Shown here: positions 38,291 through 59,114 of the stretch, one piece after another
Position numbering within the stretch: position 1 is the first letter of the stretch
Layout of the letters: each line of letters opens with the position of its first letter
NCBI GenBank assembly: GCA_051294375.1
Contig: CM119266.1
Coordinates: 6,341,431-6,405,240 of the forward strand
Length of the DNA: 63,810 nucleotides
Origin: Paraspadella gotoi
Lineage: Eukaryota; Animalia; Chaetognatha
Direction of reading: 5' to 3'
Notes under the pieces: generated by a model
The model's input: only the letters and a program-made list of their open reading frames with translations
Told to the model about the DNA's origin: nothing
Databases searched by the model: none
Position numbers and translations under genes: made by a program

Positions 38291-39033
38291 ATTCTCGAGA
38301 TGTTCTCGAGAAAATGGAGGATTCACAGATGGAGAAGGTTCGCAGATTGAGATGATTCACAGATGTAAAGGATTAAACCAATAAATCGTGAAGTTTGTTT
38401 GTGTGATATGTTTGTCGTGAGTCCTCGAATGTGACTGATTCAGCTGATGGAATCATTTTCTTTATCTTTCATGTTCATGTCTTTCTTTTTTTATTTTGAA
38501 CCGAACGAATAACGAATATCTATGTATAAATATTCATTTATTTTTTATTTATTTATTTATTCATTTACGAGCTCAAAAACTTTTTTCTGGTCGCTTCTGG
38601 AGTTAATTGTGGATGAGGCGATAAAAATTGCTATCGATTCCTATATTTTTCGTTAGTGTGAAATGACTTAAAGAAAACTACTTATTTATTAATAAATATA
38701 GAAAAGTTTCGAACATTTTTGTATTGGCCATCTGTACACAAAGTATGCGTGCTTCATAAACACTTCATTTATTTCATCAAACTGTTTCAATCATGTTTAC
38801 ATCATGTCTACATCATGTCTACATCATGCCTACATTCAATAGGGTCCAATTAAAATTTCTAAATTATCTTTATTTTCTTTTATACAAACGTCGTGAAAAA
38901 TGCTTATACAAACTAAATTATGAACTGAAACTGTATTTATTTAATAATTTAAATCTTTCACAGATTTAACATTGATTTAATATCGTTTATATATTTCTCT
39001 CTCTCCTAAAGGCGGTATTTTTTGGCCGTCACA

Positions 39034-39146
<113 letters not shown>

Positions 39147-39413
39147 GATCACCTCTTCCTCCCGCCTTCCTCACCATGAACCCATAAAAGCCGCGACTTT
39201 TTTCTCCCAAATCACAAATCGATTTCGAAGGAAAAAAAAAACATCCAAGTTTTTTCTCTCTCTGAATTAAACAAACAAACTCTCTTTCCAAAGTTAACGG
39301 ACGAACACTCAACAACTTAACCAATTTCAAATTAACCTTACAACCTTTATAAATCAACATCACCAATCACAAACTTAACTCACCAATCACCCGAACAACC
39401 AATCAAATTCACA

Positions 39414-39655
39414 ATGAAGTTTTCCCTCATCCCTTCTCTCCTTATCGCCGTGGTCGTCGTCGTCGTCGTCGTCGCCGCCGTCGACGCCAGAGCGGCGTCC
39501 TCGTCGATCGACGTCGCCTCCACCGCCGAACCGCGGCCCCGCAGCAGCCGCTCCGAAGCGCCGTCTTCCCCGCTGCAGCCCAACGCCATGGCGGCCAGCC
39601 TCGCCGCCGCCTTTGCTTCCGTCCGGCGTCAAACTTGGTTCGCGAATCTCCGACT
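39414..39655 (+). pseudogene. NOG-like: 5' fragment of noggin-like D, broken after ..WFANLRL; probably the same gene as 49240-49990
   Basis: MKFSLIPSLLIAVVVVVVVVAAVDARA..MAASLAAAFASVRRQTWFANLRL, nearly identical to 49240-49482, then an abrupt switch to unrelated sequence at 39656. Confidence 0.75.
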
Positions 39656-40423
39656 ATTGTATAATTTTTTAAGCATAACAGAGAAGGAGAGAGAGAGAGA
39701 GAGAGAGAAGCTAGAGAGAGAGAGAGAGAGAGATTTTATTAATTTCTTGAATTTTGGGATTCAATTCTATTTTCAGATTTTCTTTCTTGGTGATTAAGCT
39801 TAAACGTTTCACAATTTAATGATTTTACATTCGTTATCAAGAATAGTTTAAACGGCTTTTACCCTTAACGCTCGTCCTGTTTTCACAACAATTCCAAAAC
39901 CGGGCCTGTTAACCCTGATTTACTAGTTTCCAAATTCGATTCCATTTTTATTTTCCAAAAATTACTCTCATCCTAATTTCCTTTCCTTCTTCCGATTTCC
40001 CCCCTTAATTTCTCCATTCCCATTCCAATTAGACCTTTTCCCCTCTTTTTCTATTCACTTTCCCCAGTTTCTTTCCCTATACCACTACATTCCAAGTTGA
40101 CTAACCCATCCCTCTCTCTCTTTCTCCCCCCTCAGGCCCCCACCCCCTTCCTACTCCACCCTCCCATCTTCCCCCTGTCCCCTTCCCTCCCTTACCCGTC
40201 CCCCTTCCCCCTGTGATCCCTCCCGATTCCAGATGAGTCCTGTTGCGCGCAAAATCTCCTGCTCTCGGTCGCTGATCCCCAAGTCTATGCTGATCCCCAA
40301 TTCTCCCGTCGAAGGAATTGGGGATCAGTGGCTGCGGTTCCACCTCCGTCATCTTCGTTCCGCGTTTGTATTTTCGAAAATCGTTAGGGATGACGTCAAC
40401 GGAGAGAGAGAGAGAGAGAGAGA

Positions 40424-40494
<71 letters not shown>

Positions 40495-41949
40495 AATAAA
40501 ATCAAACAGAAATAGATGTCTTGATAGATCTAATCTCTTCGTTATCGCTCTTTACATGTTTGAATTAAATTATTGTCTAGAATGTCACTGAATGTCTTTT
40601 AAAATATTATACTAATACCGGTGCGTGACATCTACATTCTACAACACTACATAAGATAATATTGCAAATAATGTTAAGCTTGAGCTTGAAAATTTTTCAG
40701 CTATTAAAAGGATGAGAATATAGAATATAAAGAAGAAAGAAGGAATATAATATAATATAAAATATATAAAATATAAAAAATAGCCGACGTAGACCCAAAA
40801 AGAAGTAGAACCCAAATTTGCTTCACCCCACTTCTCACCATATGAATTATCCCTCGACTTTCATCACCTACTCAGGCTTCAATCACCTTTCTTTCTGCGT
40901 TTTTTTTCACAACTTCGGGTCAAGGGAGGTCAACAAAAAGACGACGATGACGACGACGCTGACGACGAGAGATGTCGACCGTGCGATTTTTTGGCATTAG
41001 AACTTTACGAGGGGGGCGCGGTCTTGAATGTTTGTCGTCGTCGTCGTCGTCGTCGTTGTCGTCGCCTCATTTCGTCAACATCAATCATTTCAGCCGCAGA
41101 CATCAAATCGTCGTTTTCGTCGTCGTTATCGTCGTCGTTATCGTCGTCGTTATCGTCGTGTCGTCAGTTTAATGGTTTTTTTTTGAGAGAGCACGAAGAG
41201 CAGAATGAAGAGAAGGAGAGAGAGTATTTTTGAAACGAAAAAAAGGTCTCTTCAATAACAGCGATTTCTCACCACGAGCTAACGACGAGAGTCCGCGCTA
41301 TGATATGATGCACAAAGGTATCATTAGTTTACATTTGTGAGTAAGAACTTATATTTCTATCTCGGACAGCAGAGTATAGTACGATTGTGAGAGGATGCTG
41401 CATTAGATGTATGCTATTGTGAGGTTTGGGTCCGCCGGACGGAGTACGCACATATTAAAGGATGCGGAGCTGTCGATGGATCTAGAGTAATTCTGTTTCT
41501 GATTAACTATACGTGATGAAAAGTAGAGGAGTCGCGTATAGGAGGTCGTTGAGATATGGAGTTCGACTTATTAAGCAGACTCTGAGATTGTAGAAACTAG
41601 AGATGCACAACTTTGCTTTACTTTTCTATGCTTTGCATGCTCCTCTTTACATATTGATTTGTAATTTATTCTCGAATTCTTTGATGCACTTGCCTCCATC
41701 CGCGATTTTCTATCCTGTTCCTATCTTTATTCATACCACGTTTGTCTTTTCACCATCATAAATATATTTAAGTCATGATAACTTGTGGTACTATTTTTTC
41801 GCTAACCGCATAATCCTATCACTGAATATATTATTCTCAAACACTGCAAATTATCCATTCAGTCGAATGACATAATGAAACAAATATGTTTGTAAATTAT
41901 TTATGTTGCCCCTCCTTACTTTCTATCTGCGCATGTAGCAGGTAGAGGT

Positions 41950-49480
<7,531 letters not shown>

Positions 49481-50480
49481 CTTTTGGGCGAAGAGAAATT
49501 TCCTCTCGGATCTGATGTCGATCGAGGATCCTCGAGTGGATCGTCGAGCGGGCGCCGCTCATCGCCGACGACGAAGACGCCNNNNNNNNNNNNNNNNNNN
49601 NNNNNNGTCTGATGGAGAGAATCCGGCGTCAAGTGGACGGGATGTTAGAATCGGCGGCTCCCAAGGTCGGACATCGACTCAGAAAGAAGTTGACGCAGCT
49701 CTTGGCGTCGCGCGCCCAGTGTCCCGTCGTCTACCGGAGTGGACGGATCTGGGCGAGAATTCTGGCCGCGCTACGTCCGCAGCGGCAGCTGCTCCGCCAA
49801 GAAGACTTGCAGCTTTCCTTCGGGAATGGGATGCAAAGCAGCGGAAGAGTCTCACCTCACGCTGCTGCGTCGATTCTGCGGCAGCAGAAGGTGGGGAAAG
49901 GCTGAGGTGGAGCCTCTCAATCCAGACTCCAACTGCCGGTGGATCAAAATCAAGTTTCCTATTCTGACCAAATGCAAATGCTCCTGCTGATTCAATGACC
50001 TCGCGAAAATGGCCATTTGAGAAGATCTCTCGAATTTCTCAACAAAAACAAACTTTCTGCCTTCGTAATTCTATGTCCAGACTGTGATTTGTTTAGCTGA
50101 TGTGTTGTACCAAATTTACTGTACACTGCCATATAATAGAAATTGTAATTTATTGTTTGTAAATTATTAGAAAGTATTCATTGTTAGCAGACGTATTGTA
50201 AATTGATCAAAAATTGTACAAAGTGTTTGATGATATGTTTTTTCAAAATATGAAAATAATAAAAAATGTTCGCCCAGTAATGTTGTATTTATATTTTAAT
50301 TTAACTAACCTTGAAATAGGATCAATTGTATCTACAACACCAGCTCTTTTACAAAATATAAATTAGAAAATAGAGAAATCAATAAAATGTCAGGAAAAAA
50401 AACGGTATATTTCACGAATAAAAAACTCAACAAAATAAAAGTAGCTACAATTAATGATAATAATTCGACATCTTTTAATC

Positions 50481-50756
50481 TCAAAAATGTTCTCCTTCGC
50501 GACTTCCGTCGCTTTTATCGTCGTCGCTGATTTCAGACGATGACGTCATCGCTTCGTCGCCATTTTTAGATGACGTCATCGAATCGTTGGTCAAACTAGA
50601 GTTGGGGTATTTGCCCAAAGGTTGATTCACCTGTCAAATCAAATCAAATCAAATCCGTTAGCCTTTTGTTGATAAAATGGAAAACTCTGAGCTTCAAAGA
50701 TGTCGTGACCGAGTACCGGGGAAAAGAGAAAATGATTTTCAAAAACAAAATAGCAA

Positions 50757-50810
<54 letters not shown>

Positions 50811-53800
50811 ACCTTGTCTTTTGCGATTTGCGAACCTTTCACTCTTTTCCACTTCATTCGTCGATTCTGGAACCAGACTTTCACCTAGAAAATCATCACG
50901 ACATAAAATATCAAAAATATATAAACATATTATTTAGATTTAAATGTAATTAAACACAAGGATAATAAAAAATTAAAATGAAATCATGAATATTAAATAT
51001 CTTAAAATCTAAAAAACCTGAGAAAATAAACCAAGTAATTTAAATTTTTTATCTATATATAAATTATAATGGAAATTGAAAGTGATGTAATCAAATTACT
51101 ATACGATACCAGTAATGATATTAGTAACTATGCTAAATTTCCTATTCTCTCGCCCACACCGACCTGTCTCTCCGTCAGGTCCAACGCCACAGCGATCTCG
51201 TATCTTCGCAATCGAGTCAAATAATTGTGTTGATTAAATTCCTTCTCCAATTCTTTGATCTGTTGTTTGGTGAAAGCCGTTCTTTCCTTGCGAGGTCGCG
51301 AGTTCAAATCCAGGCCGAAACCTTAAAAACGAGAAATGGGCGTGACGTCAAAGAAGCATAGGGAAGGAAAAAAGTTAAAAACGATGATGAGAAACAAGAA
51401 GAGGAAGACAAAGAAATTCAAATTGTCAAAAATGTCACTCTGATCTTTAGATAATGTAAAATCAACTCGTTATCAATATCAGACTCTCGTTTTGGCCATA
51501 TTTTCCAGAAGTAACCCATTTCAGTTTAAATTAAGAATTAGTTCAATTTTGGGTTTGGGGATCAGGTTAGGGTTTGGGATGAGGGTTAGGGATTGGGTTA
51601 AATATTTGATAATATATTATGGTTAAATATTCGGGTTAAAATTAAGTTCAGGTCCTTTCCACTTTGTCCTTTACACTTTGTCTTTTCCACTTTCCCTCAA
51701 ATTTCTCCTTTTCTCCGTCTCCTTTACACTTTGTCCTTTTTTTCGGTTTCCACGTTCTCTTTTCCACTTTGTCCTTACCACTTTGTCCTTTTAATATCTT
51801 TTTCTATTTTCTCTTTTTCACGTTCTCATTTTCACTTTATCCTTTCCACTTTGTCCTTTCCACTTTTTCCTTTCCACTTTGTCCTTTCAATATCTTTTTC
51901 TATTTTCTCTTTTTCACGTTCTCATTTTCACTCTATCCTTTCCACTTTGTCCTTTCCACTTTGTCCTTTTAATATCTTTTTCTATTTTCTCTTTTTCACG
52001 TTATCATTTTCACTTTATCCTTTCAACTTTGTCCTTTCAAATTTGTCCTTTCCACTTTGTCCTTTCCACTTTGTCCTCACCATCGAGTTTTGGCGAAAAT
52101 GATCCTGCGTCTTCCTCGTCGTCGTCGTCGCCGGGACAAATCGCGGAACCGGCAGAGAACTGGGTCGGCAAATACGTCGTCGAATGCGTCGGCAAATACG
52201 TCGGCGAATGCGTCGGCAAATTCGTCGGGAAATGAGCGCCGAAAGATCGAAAGCGGCACTCGTCGTTCCCCCACAGAAAGGGATTCAAGTTTCCGCCGAC
52301 GGGTGGCGCTGCCGGCGGCGTTGTCAGCGGCGCCATAGGCGGCGTCGAATGCGTCTCTGGCGGCGCCGGCGACGGATTGGCGGCGGAAGATACGGGAAGT
52401 TCTGTCAGCGCCGACGGCGGCGGCGGCGGCAGGCCCTGCGGAACGGCGGAGTTTAAATCGGGAGCGGTTACAGCGGCTGCGGCGTCCTGCGGCGAAGACC
52501 AAAATGGAGGTGTTTCTGCGGCGGCGTTGGCGGCCGCGACGGCGTCGGACGCAGGATCGACGCAGTGGTGATTTTGTAGGTGCTGTTGCGTGTGCTGCGG
52601 CGACGGTGGCGGAGGATGCAGCTGCTGAGACGAATTTTGTGGAGGGCAGAAGCCTAGGAGAAATTGTTACACATTTTCAGTCATGTCTCGTCATTTTGAT
52701 TCTATGATGAGCCCGATCATGGCTGAGGACTCTGAGGCCAGCGAGATTGAGACAGAACAAGCGTCTAAAATTTGGTATAAAAAGAACTGGAATTTGTTTA
52801 GATTGATATAATTAAGCAAAGCTTTAAGTAACAATTGGTTAAGAAATGACAAATTATTCCTTCATTCCTTCAACAAGATTCCTTCGACAATTTCTTTTTA
52901 AATAAACACTATTATAGATCTTTATTATGTTATCCTTAAACCTTAAACCTTCGACAACCACACATAGTAGTTCAGCTTCGAGAAGAATTTACCCAGCAAT
53001 TGTCGCACGTAATATTTATTAAGGTCAGCTGAAGCTCTTCGGCTTTCCAATGTTTGTGAGCCCTTATATCAAAATTCCAATTGAAAAATCAACACCCATT
53101 CTAAAACGCAATGATTTTAGTCATTTTTTTATAATACCTGATCGACTACTAATGATAATTTAGCTCTCAGTTAAGCGTAATTATTCGAAAAAAAATTTAA
53201 AAACTCCTCACTACAATATGCAAATGAGATTTAACAACGAGATAGGCATGCAAATGATTCCCTCACCGGAACCGAAGATCGGAGGCAATTTGATCACGTG
53301 ACTCGAATGACTCTGCCCCGGATGTGACGCCGCGGGAAATCCGGTGGGCGTGGCTGTGGGCGGGGTCGGAAACGACGACGAGAGCGACGACAACGACGAC
53401 GACGGAGGGAACGGGTCAGAATCATAAGATTGACAATCGGACGAGGGATGAAAAGAAGGAGGAGGAGGAGGAGGAGGAAGATGAGGAGGAGGAGGAGGAG
53501 GAGTAGGAAAACTGGCGAAGAAGGAAGGGAGGAAGGAGGAAGAGAAGGAGGGAGGAGGAAGAGTGGGAGGATTTTTAGAAGGCTCAGGGAGGAGAGGAGC
53601 GAAGGAAGGAGTCCAGAGGGAGGAAGGAAAGTAAGAGGAAGAGGAGGATGTGGTGGAGTTGAAGTAGGAAGAGGAAGAGGAGGAGAAGGGAAGGAGGGGA
53701 CCGGCGGAATTTTGCCGGTGCGGCTGCGATGAGTCGGCGAGCGCCGTCGCGTCGGCAGAATCTGCCAGAGTCGGGAGGGGAGAAAGTTCTTCTACGTCGG

Positions 53801-53862
53801 CGAGCGCCGCGGCGTCGAACGGCGCTGCGTCGGCGGAGGTTGCTGATGAGGCTGCGGTTTCT

Positions 53863-53894
<32 letters not shown>

Positions 53895-54780
53895 CTCCGT
53901 CGCGGAAGTTTTTCCTGATTTTAATCGCGAAAAAATGTTAATGAAGGAGAAAGTTGAAAAAAAGTAATTAAATTTTGAGCGTTTTCACTTTTTTGTCGCT
54001 TTTTTAAAAATTCCAACGTCGGCAGTATTTCTACTACTTCCTAGACATCTTTTTGCGTTTATTTACGTAAAATTTATGTTATTTTATGTCATTTTATGCA
54101 TTTTATTACTATTGCTGATCATTGACTCTTGTTTCCATCATATATTTTCTTATTTTTTTCTCATTTCTTCTTCTATTTATTTCTATCTCTCATCGATCAG
54201 AATTTTAGAATCTTATTCCTTCAATTACTACCTCAACGGACCCGGGGAGACATATGTGATCCCCGACACCAGCGTGAGCAGGGGATTAAACTCAGAAATC
54301 ACGATTGGTGAGCGAGTACTTGGTTGTCCAAGCTAATGGGACGAGCAGAGTTAAACCAGACTGATTAGTGATTATAATCGAGGCAAATTTAGGATTCCCT
54401 TTTTTCTTTTATTTTCTCTATTAATATTAATTTTTTATATTAAGATTACCTATTCCTCATTTCCTTTTAAATAATATTAAAGTTCTTTCCTTTTTCTTTT
54501 CTTAAGTTTTTTTTCATTTTTTTTATTTCCTTTTTTAAATTAACTTTACTTTCTCTCTTTTTCTTTTCTTTTTCCCTTTTTTTTATTTCCTTTTTTTATC
54601 TTTTACATTTCCTTTTATTCCCTTTTTATTTCCTTATTTCTCGTTTTTCTTTCTTTTTCTTTTCTTTTCTTTTTTTCCTTTTTTTCTTTTTTCCTCCGCT
54701 TCTCTCCTTTTTTCCTCGTGAGTCTCACCTCGGCCCCGAACTTGTTACTCGGCAATTTTTCACGCTAATTCCTCAACTCG

Positions 54781-54836
<56 letters not shown>

Positions 54837-55173
54837 TCTCACCGGCGTCATATTCCCTCTCCGGCGGCGCCGTTCCAATCTCGGCGTCAATCGTCTCTAG
54901 CGGCCCCGACGTCGCCGATGAAGACGGCGTCATGACTTTCGGCGCCGGCGCGATTCCGGATGTGGGCGTGGCGCAGTGATTGGCGCGGTTTTCTCCAGGA
55001 TTGACGGATTTGCTTTGAGGAGAGACGCACAGATTGACGCAGTTCACGGACGCCGTGGCGCAGTGGCTCTTGTTTTCCGACGCTATGCATTCGTTGTCGC
55101 TGGTCACTTGTGGAGTGGCGTAGTTGTCCCGCCACTGGGTTAATTGAGCGGAGAGGATTTTAAAATAATTCAT
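50481..55173 (-). CDS. MEOX: Mox/Meox homeobox transcription factor, 6 coding exons, ~643 aa
   Basis: Exons 54843-55173, 53267-53914, 52081-52653, 51164-51321, 50813-50884 and 50481-50630 are GT-AG and phase-consistent. Homeodomain [44 protein letters not shown]|[17 protein letters not shown] is diagnostic for Mox (MEOX2: [61 protein letters not shown]). The N-terminal exons are less certain than the homeobox. Confidence 0.93.
51652..52078. repeat. Pyrimidine-rich minisatellite in a Mox intron
   Basis: 14-bp CTTTCCACTTTGTC units nested within three longer higher-order copies. Confidence 0.85.
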
Positions 55174-55724
55174 TTATGAATTATTACATTTAAAGTTAGT
55201 GTCAAAACTATGTAATTCTTTTTAAAAAACAACTTTTAATTACGGTACCTGTTGTGTTTTTAACTTCGTGTAATTTGACGAAAACTGTTGATTTGTCCAC
55301 GACGACGACGACGACGACGTCGAGAATGACGAAGACGTTGATGATGACGATGCCGACAATGATGATGACAAGGGCGAGGACAATGACGAGGACAATGACG
55401 AGGACAAGGGCGAGGACAATGATGAGGACAAGGGCGAGGACAATGACGAAGACAACGACGGGTAAAACAACGACGAAAATGAGGAGGACAACATCTCGGG
55501 ACAAAAATTCGAATCGAAATGAAATGAGATTCGGGAGAAGTTTTTGGACGACGACGAAGACGACGACGACGACGACGAAGAGGATGAGGATATTACTTAT
55601 TTCTCCGATCGGCGTTTACGACGACGATAACGACGACGACAACGACGACGACGACGATGAAACCGAAGATGAGGATGTTGCGAACTTTTCGGGGAAAAGA
55701 GACGACGACGAAAAAGAAGACGAA

Positions 55725-55763
<39 letters not shown>

Positions 55764-57739
55764 AAAAGAAGACGAATGACGACGACTAAAAACGGAAATG
55801 AACTGAATTATGATGAAAAAATTATCAAATCAATTATTAAATATGAAAGAATATATTCGGTAAATGATCAAAAAGACTTTTCTCCTTATCACCGACTTAT
55901 CTTTTTCCTTTCCCGCCTTCTTCCTATCTTTTTCTCGCTCTTCATCTTTCTTTCTCTAATCCTCCCGACGTTTGTAATGGAATTTCATTTTTGAACATTT
56001 AAATAAGATGTTTCAGTTCTTAAACGTAAAGTCAAATTCATCAGAGATCATTTTTTTTAAATTCTGTGACTTATCTGTTACACATTACTCAAAAGCAATT
56101 GTTAGCAATAACCCTTGTAAGAATGAGGATAATACAGGAAACTTTCTTAGAGAGCGGGTCTACCGGACAAGATCAACAATGTTAAGAACATAAAAAATAA
56201 TAAAAATACCAAACTTAAAGCGAACAAGAAAAACACGCAACGCCCCAGTAAACAATGTAAAAACAGTGAACAAAGAAAAACCTCGTCAACAAAGTGTCGG
56301 TGAAAACTGAGATTTTGAAAAGTGTTAAAGAGTTTTGAATTCGAGTTTCCCTTTTAAAGTGAAACTTGAGTGAAAGAAAAACCTTTTTCTTTCCTCGTCT
56401 TCGTCGTCGTCGTCGTCGTCGTTTCCCTTTTAAAAAAGTAAACTTTTCAAATCTTTTAGATTTTTCGTTGCATTAAAATTTCTCCCTTTTTACGACACGC
56501 GCTGAAGCACGAGCTCTACTGTATCCGGATGCACGTGATTTTGCGTGTTCTTTGCACGTGCTCTTTGCACAATGAACCCTGTATTTGTACGGAACGGGTC
56601 TTGCGTTTGCACAGCGCGTGGTATTTCGCATGTTTCTTTAAGATCGGATTATCTTTGCTGCTAAATCTAAAACATCATATAAAAAAAAAAAATAAGTTTT
56701 AATTGTCTTCGTCTACGCAGTTTTCATATAGTAATTGTTTTGTAATTATGATTATTGAATAATACAATAATGTATATAATAATGTAATTAGCATTTCGTG
56801 ATTTATGCGAAGAATCTAAACTTAAATTTGTATCGAATTGTTTGGATCTGACCCAATCGGGAGCGACGGGGTCGGAAGGGGAGAGGAAGAGGGAGAAAAA
56901 GGGGAAAGAAAAAAAGGGGGAGAGAGAGAGAGAGGTTAAGGGAGGGAGGGAGGGAGATGGAGAGAGAGAAGAGAGAGAGAGAGGGAAAGAAATATAAGAG
57001 GAAAAAGGACAAAAGAGAAAAAGATATCAAAGAAATAAAAAAGGAAAAAGGATGAAAAAGAAAAAGATATCAAAGAAATGAAAAAGGAAAAAGGACGAAA
57101 AAAAAATATCAAAGAGATAAAAAATCAAAAAGGACGAAAAAGAAATAGATACAAAAGAAATAAAAAAGGAAAAAGAACAAAAAAGAAAAAGATATCAAAA
57201 AAATAAAAAAGGAAAAAGGATGAAAAAGAAAAAGAAATCAAAATAATAAAAAAGGAAAAAGGATAAAAAAGAACTTTAACACACATAGAAATTCGATAAC
57301 TTACTCAATTCATTAATATTTATAGTAATAGTATAAGGTAATAAAATCATATTTGATTACACACTACCCATTTTCGAGTACACAGTTTATTTCATAACTT
57401 ATGCAGAAAATGAAGTGATACATAGCATCAAATTAAGTTTAATTTCTCAACTCAATTTGAGAAATTAACCAATCGTTTAAGACGCCAACGACGACGACGA
57501 CGACGACGACGACGTCGAAATCTTTTTAAATCGTGTTTATATTTCCTTGTTTCGGCAAAGACCACCGACAGACGAGACCGACAAAAAAACCGACAGGACC
57601 ACCGACCGACAAGAAATTGTAACATTAGTCGTCTCAATGTAACCGATTGTCTCGAGGCGTTTGGCTCTAAAGAGGTTGAAGGCTGTCAACGAAAAAAGGG
57701 GGGAAAAAACAAGTCATTTAAAAAGTGGCGATGTAAATC

Positions 57740-57891
57740 GGATTAGGGTTAGGGATTAGGGTTAGGGATTAGGGTTAGGGATTAGGTTAGGGATTAGGTT
57801 AGGGTTAGAGATTAGGTTAGGCTAAGGGATTGAAATAGAGGTTTTTAAAATAAATTACGGTTAAATGTTAAGGTTTAATTGAAGTTCAGGG
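57740..57891. repeat. Degenerate interstitial TTAGGG/ATTAGGG tract with a conserved tail; related copy at 51550-51652
   Basis: Alternating TTAGGG and ATTAGGG units. Both copies end in ..GGTTAAAT...AAGTTCAGG. Weaker CCCTAA-type tracts at ~31587-31695 and ~35925-35995. Confidence 0.7.
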
Positions 57892-59081
57892 ATTAATTAA
57901 CACAGATGGGGCACTTTTTGAAAAGAGTGCCACATTCCCCACATATGCCCACGCATTCCCCACACATATCCACAGATATTCACTCATTCCATTTTTGTTT
58001 TCAGCCACAGAAAACTCCTTCGCTTTTTTCTTCGACTTCTTGAGTTTTTAAAAAAAAGAAAGAAAAAGGAAGAAAAAAAATTCTTTTCTCTCATGAAAAA
58101 TAATATTTATATTTTTTCTGTGGATTCTCTCTGGCTCGCCTTACGAAGCCGCTAGGGGGAATTAGGAAAAGAAAAGAGGGGAGGAAGAAGAGGGGAGGTA
58201 GAGAAGGGGGGAGGAAGGAAAGGAATGGGGGGTAGAAAAATGGGAGGTAGAAAAAAAGTGTAGAAAAGGGGGAGGAAGGAAAGGGGAGAGAAAAGGAGGG
58301 AAGGAAGGAATGGGGGGTAGAAAGGGAGGTAGGTAAGAAGGGTAGAAAAGGGGAGGAAAGTGGGAGGAGGGTAAAAAGGGGGAGGGAAGGAACGGGTAGG
58401 AAGGAAAGCCAAGTAGGAAGGAAAGGGGGTAGAAATGGGGAGGTAGGAAACTAGGGGTAGAAAAGTGGGAGGAGGAAGTGTAGGAGGGTACAAAATGTGG
58501 AGGAAGGAAATGGGGGGTAGAAAAAAAAGGGGGGGAGAAGTGGGGGAGCAAGGAAGAAGAGAGGATGAATGAATGGAGTGGAGATAGAAAATTGGGGTGG
58601 AAGTAGAAGATGAGGAATTAAAAGAAATTTTAAAATAACTTGGATAAATTTGGGAAGATGGGAGAACGGGAAGAACGGGAAATAAGGAGAATGCGAGAAT
58701 CGAAAAAGAAGCAGAATGAGAAATATTTCTCAGAATGATGATTATATTAGATAAACATCCCAATGCTAAAAAAAAGATAAAAAATAGAATATAAAAATAA
58801 ATAAAAATAAACGGAAAAAAATTTAAAAATATAATTAAAAAATATAAAAATAATAAAATTTTAAATATTCTTATTATAAAACAAGTGATTTTTGCCATTT
58901 TCATAACAGAAGAGGAGGAAGAGAAAATAAACACAAATGGCTAAAGAGATTTTATAAATGATTTTTTTTTTTTGGGGGGGGAAAGGAGAATTATAGGGAG
59001 GGGTGAGGTTATTTCACGTGGATTCGTGACGAAGAATCAGAGGCGGATGGATTCTATCTCTCTCTCTCTCTCTCTCTCTCC

Positions 59082-59114
<33 letters not shown>

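Noticed and set aside
52680-52770. Possible hammerhead ribozyme or Penelope-like terminus (..TGATGAGCCC..) in a Mox intron
   Set aside because: The CTGANGA and GAAA core with paired stems could not be assembled by eye; an Infernal/Rfam search would be needed.
55208-55790. Acidic, Thr-rich or Val-rich ORFs just upstream of Mox
   Set aside because: (GAC)n-derived low complexity open in several frames, with no convincing start or splice structure; more likely Mox 5' UTR or promoter repeats.
58152-58934. 260-aa Pro/Phe/Leu-rich ORF and the Lys/Arg ORF at 60533-60766
   Set aside because: Products of purine/pyrimidine-skewed low-complexity DNA with no domain features.
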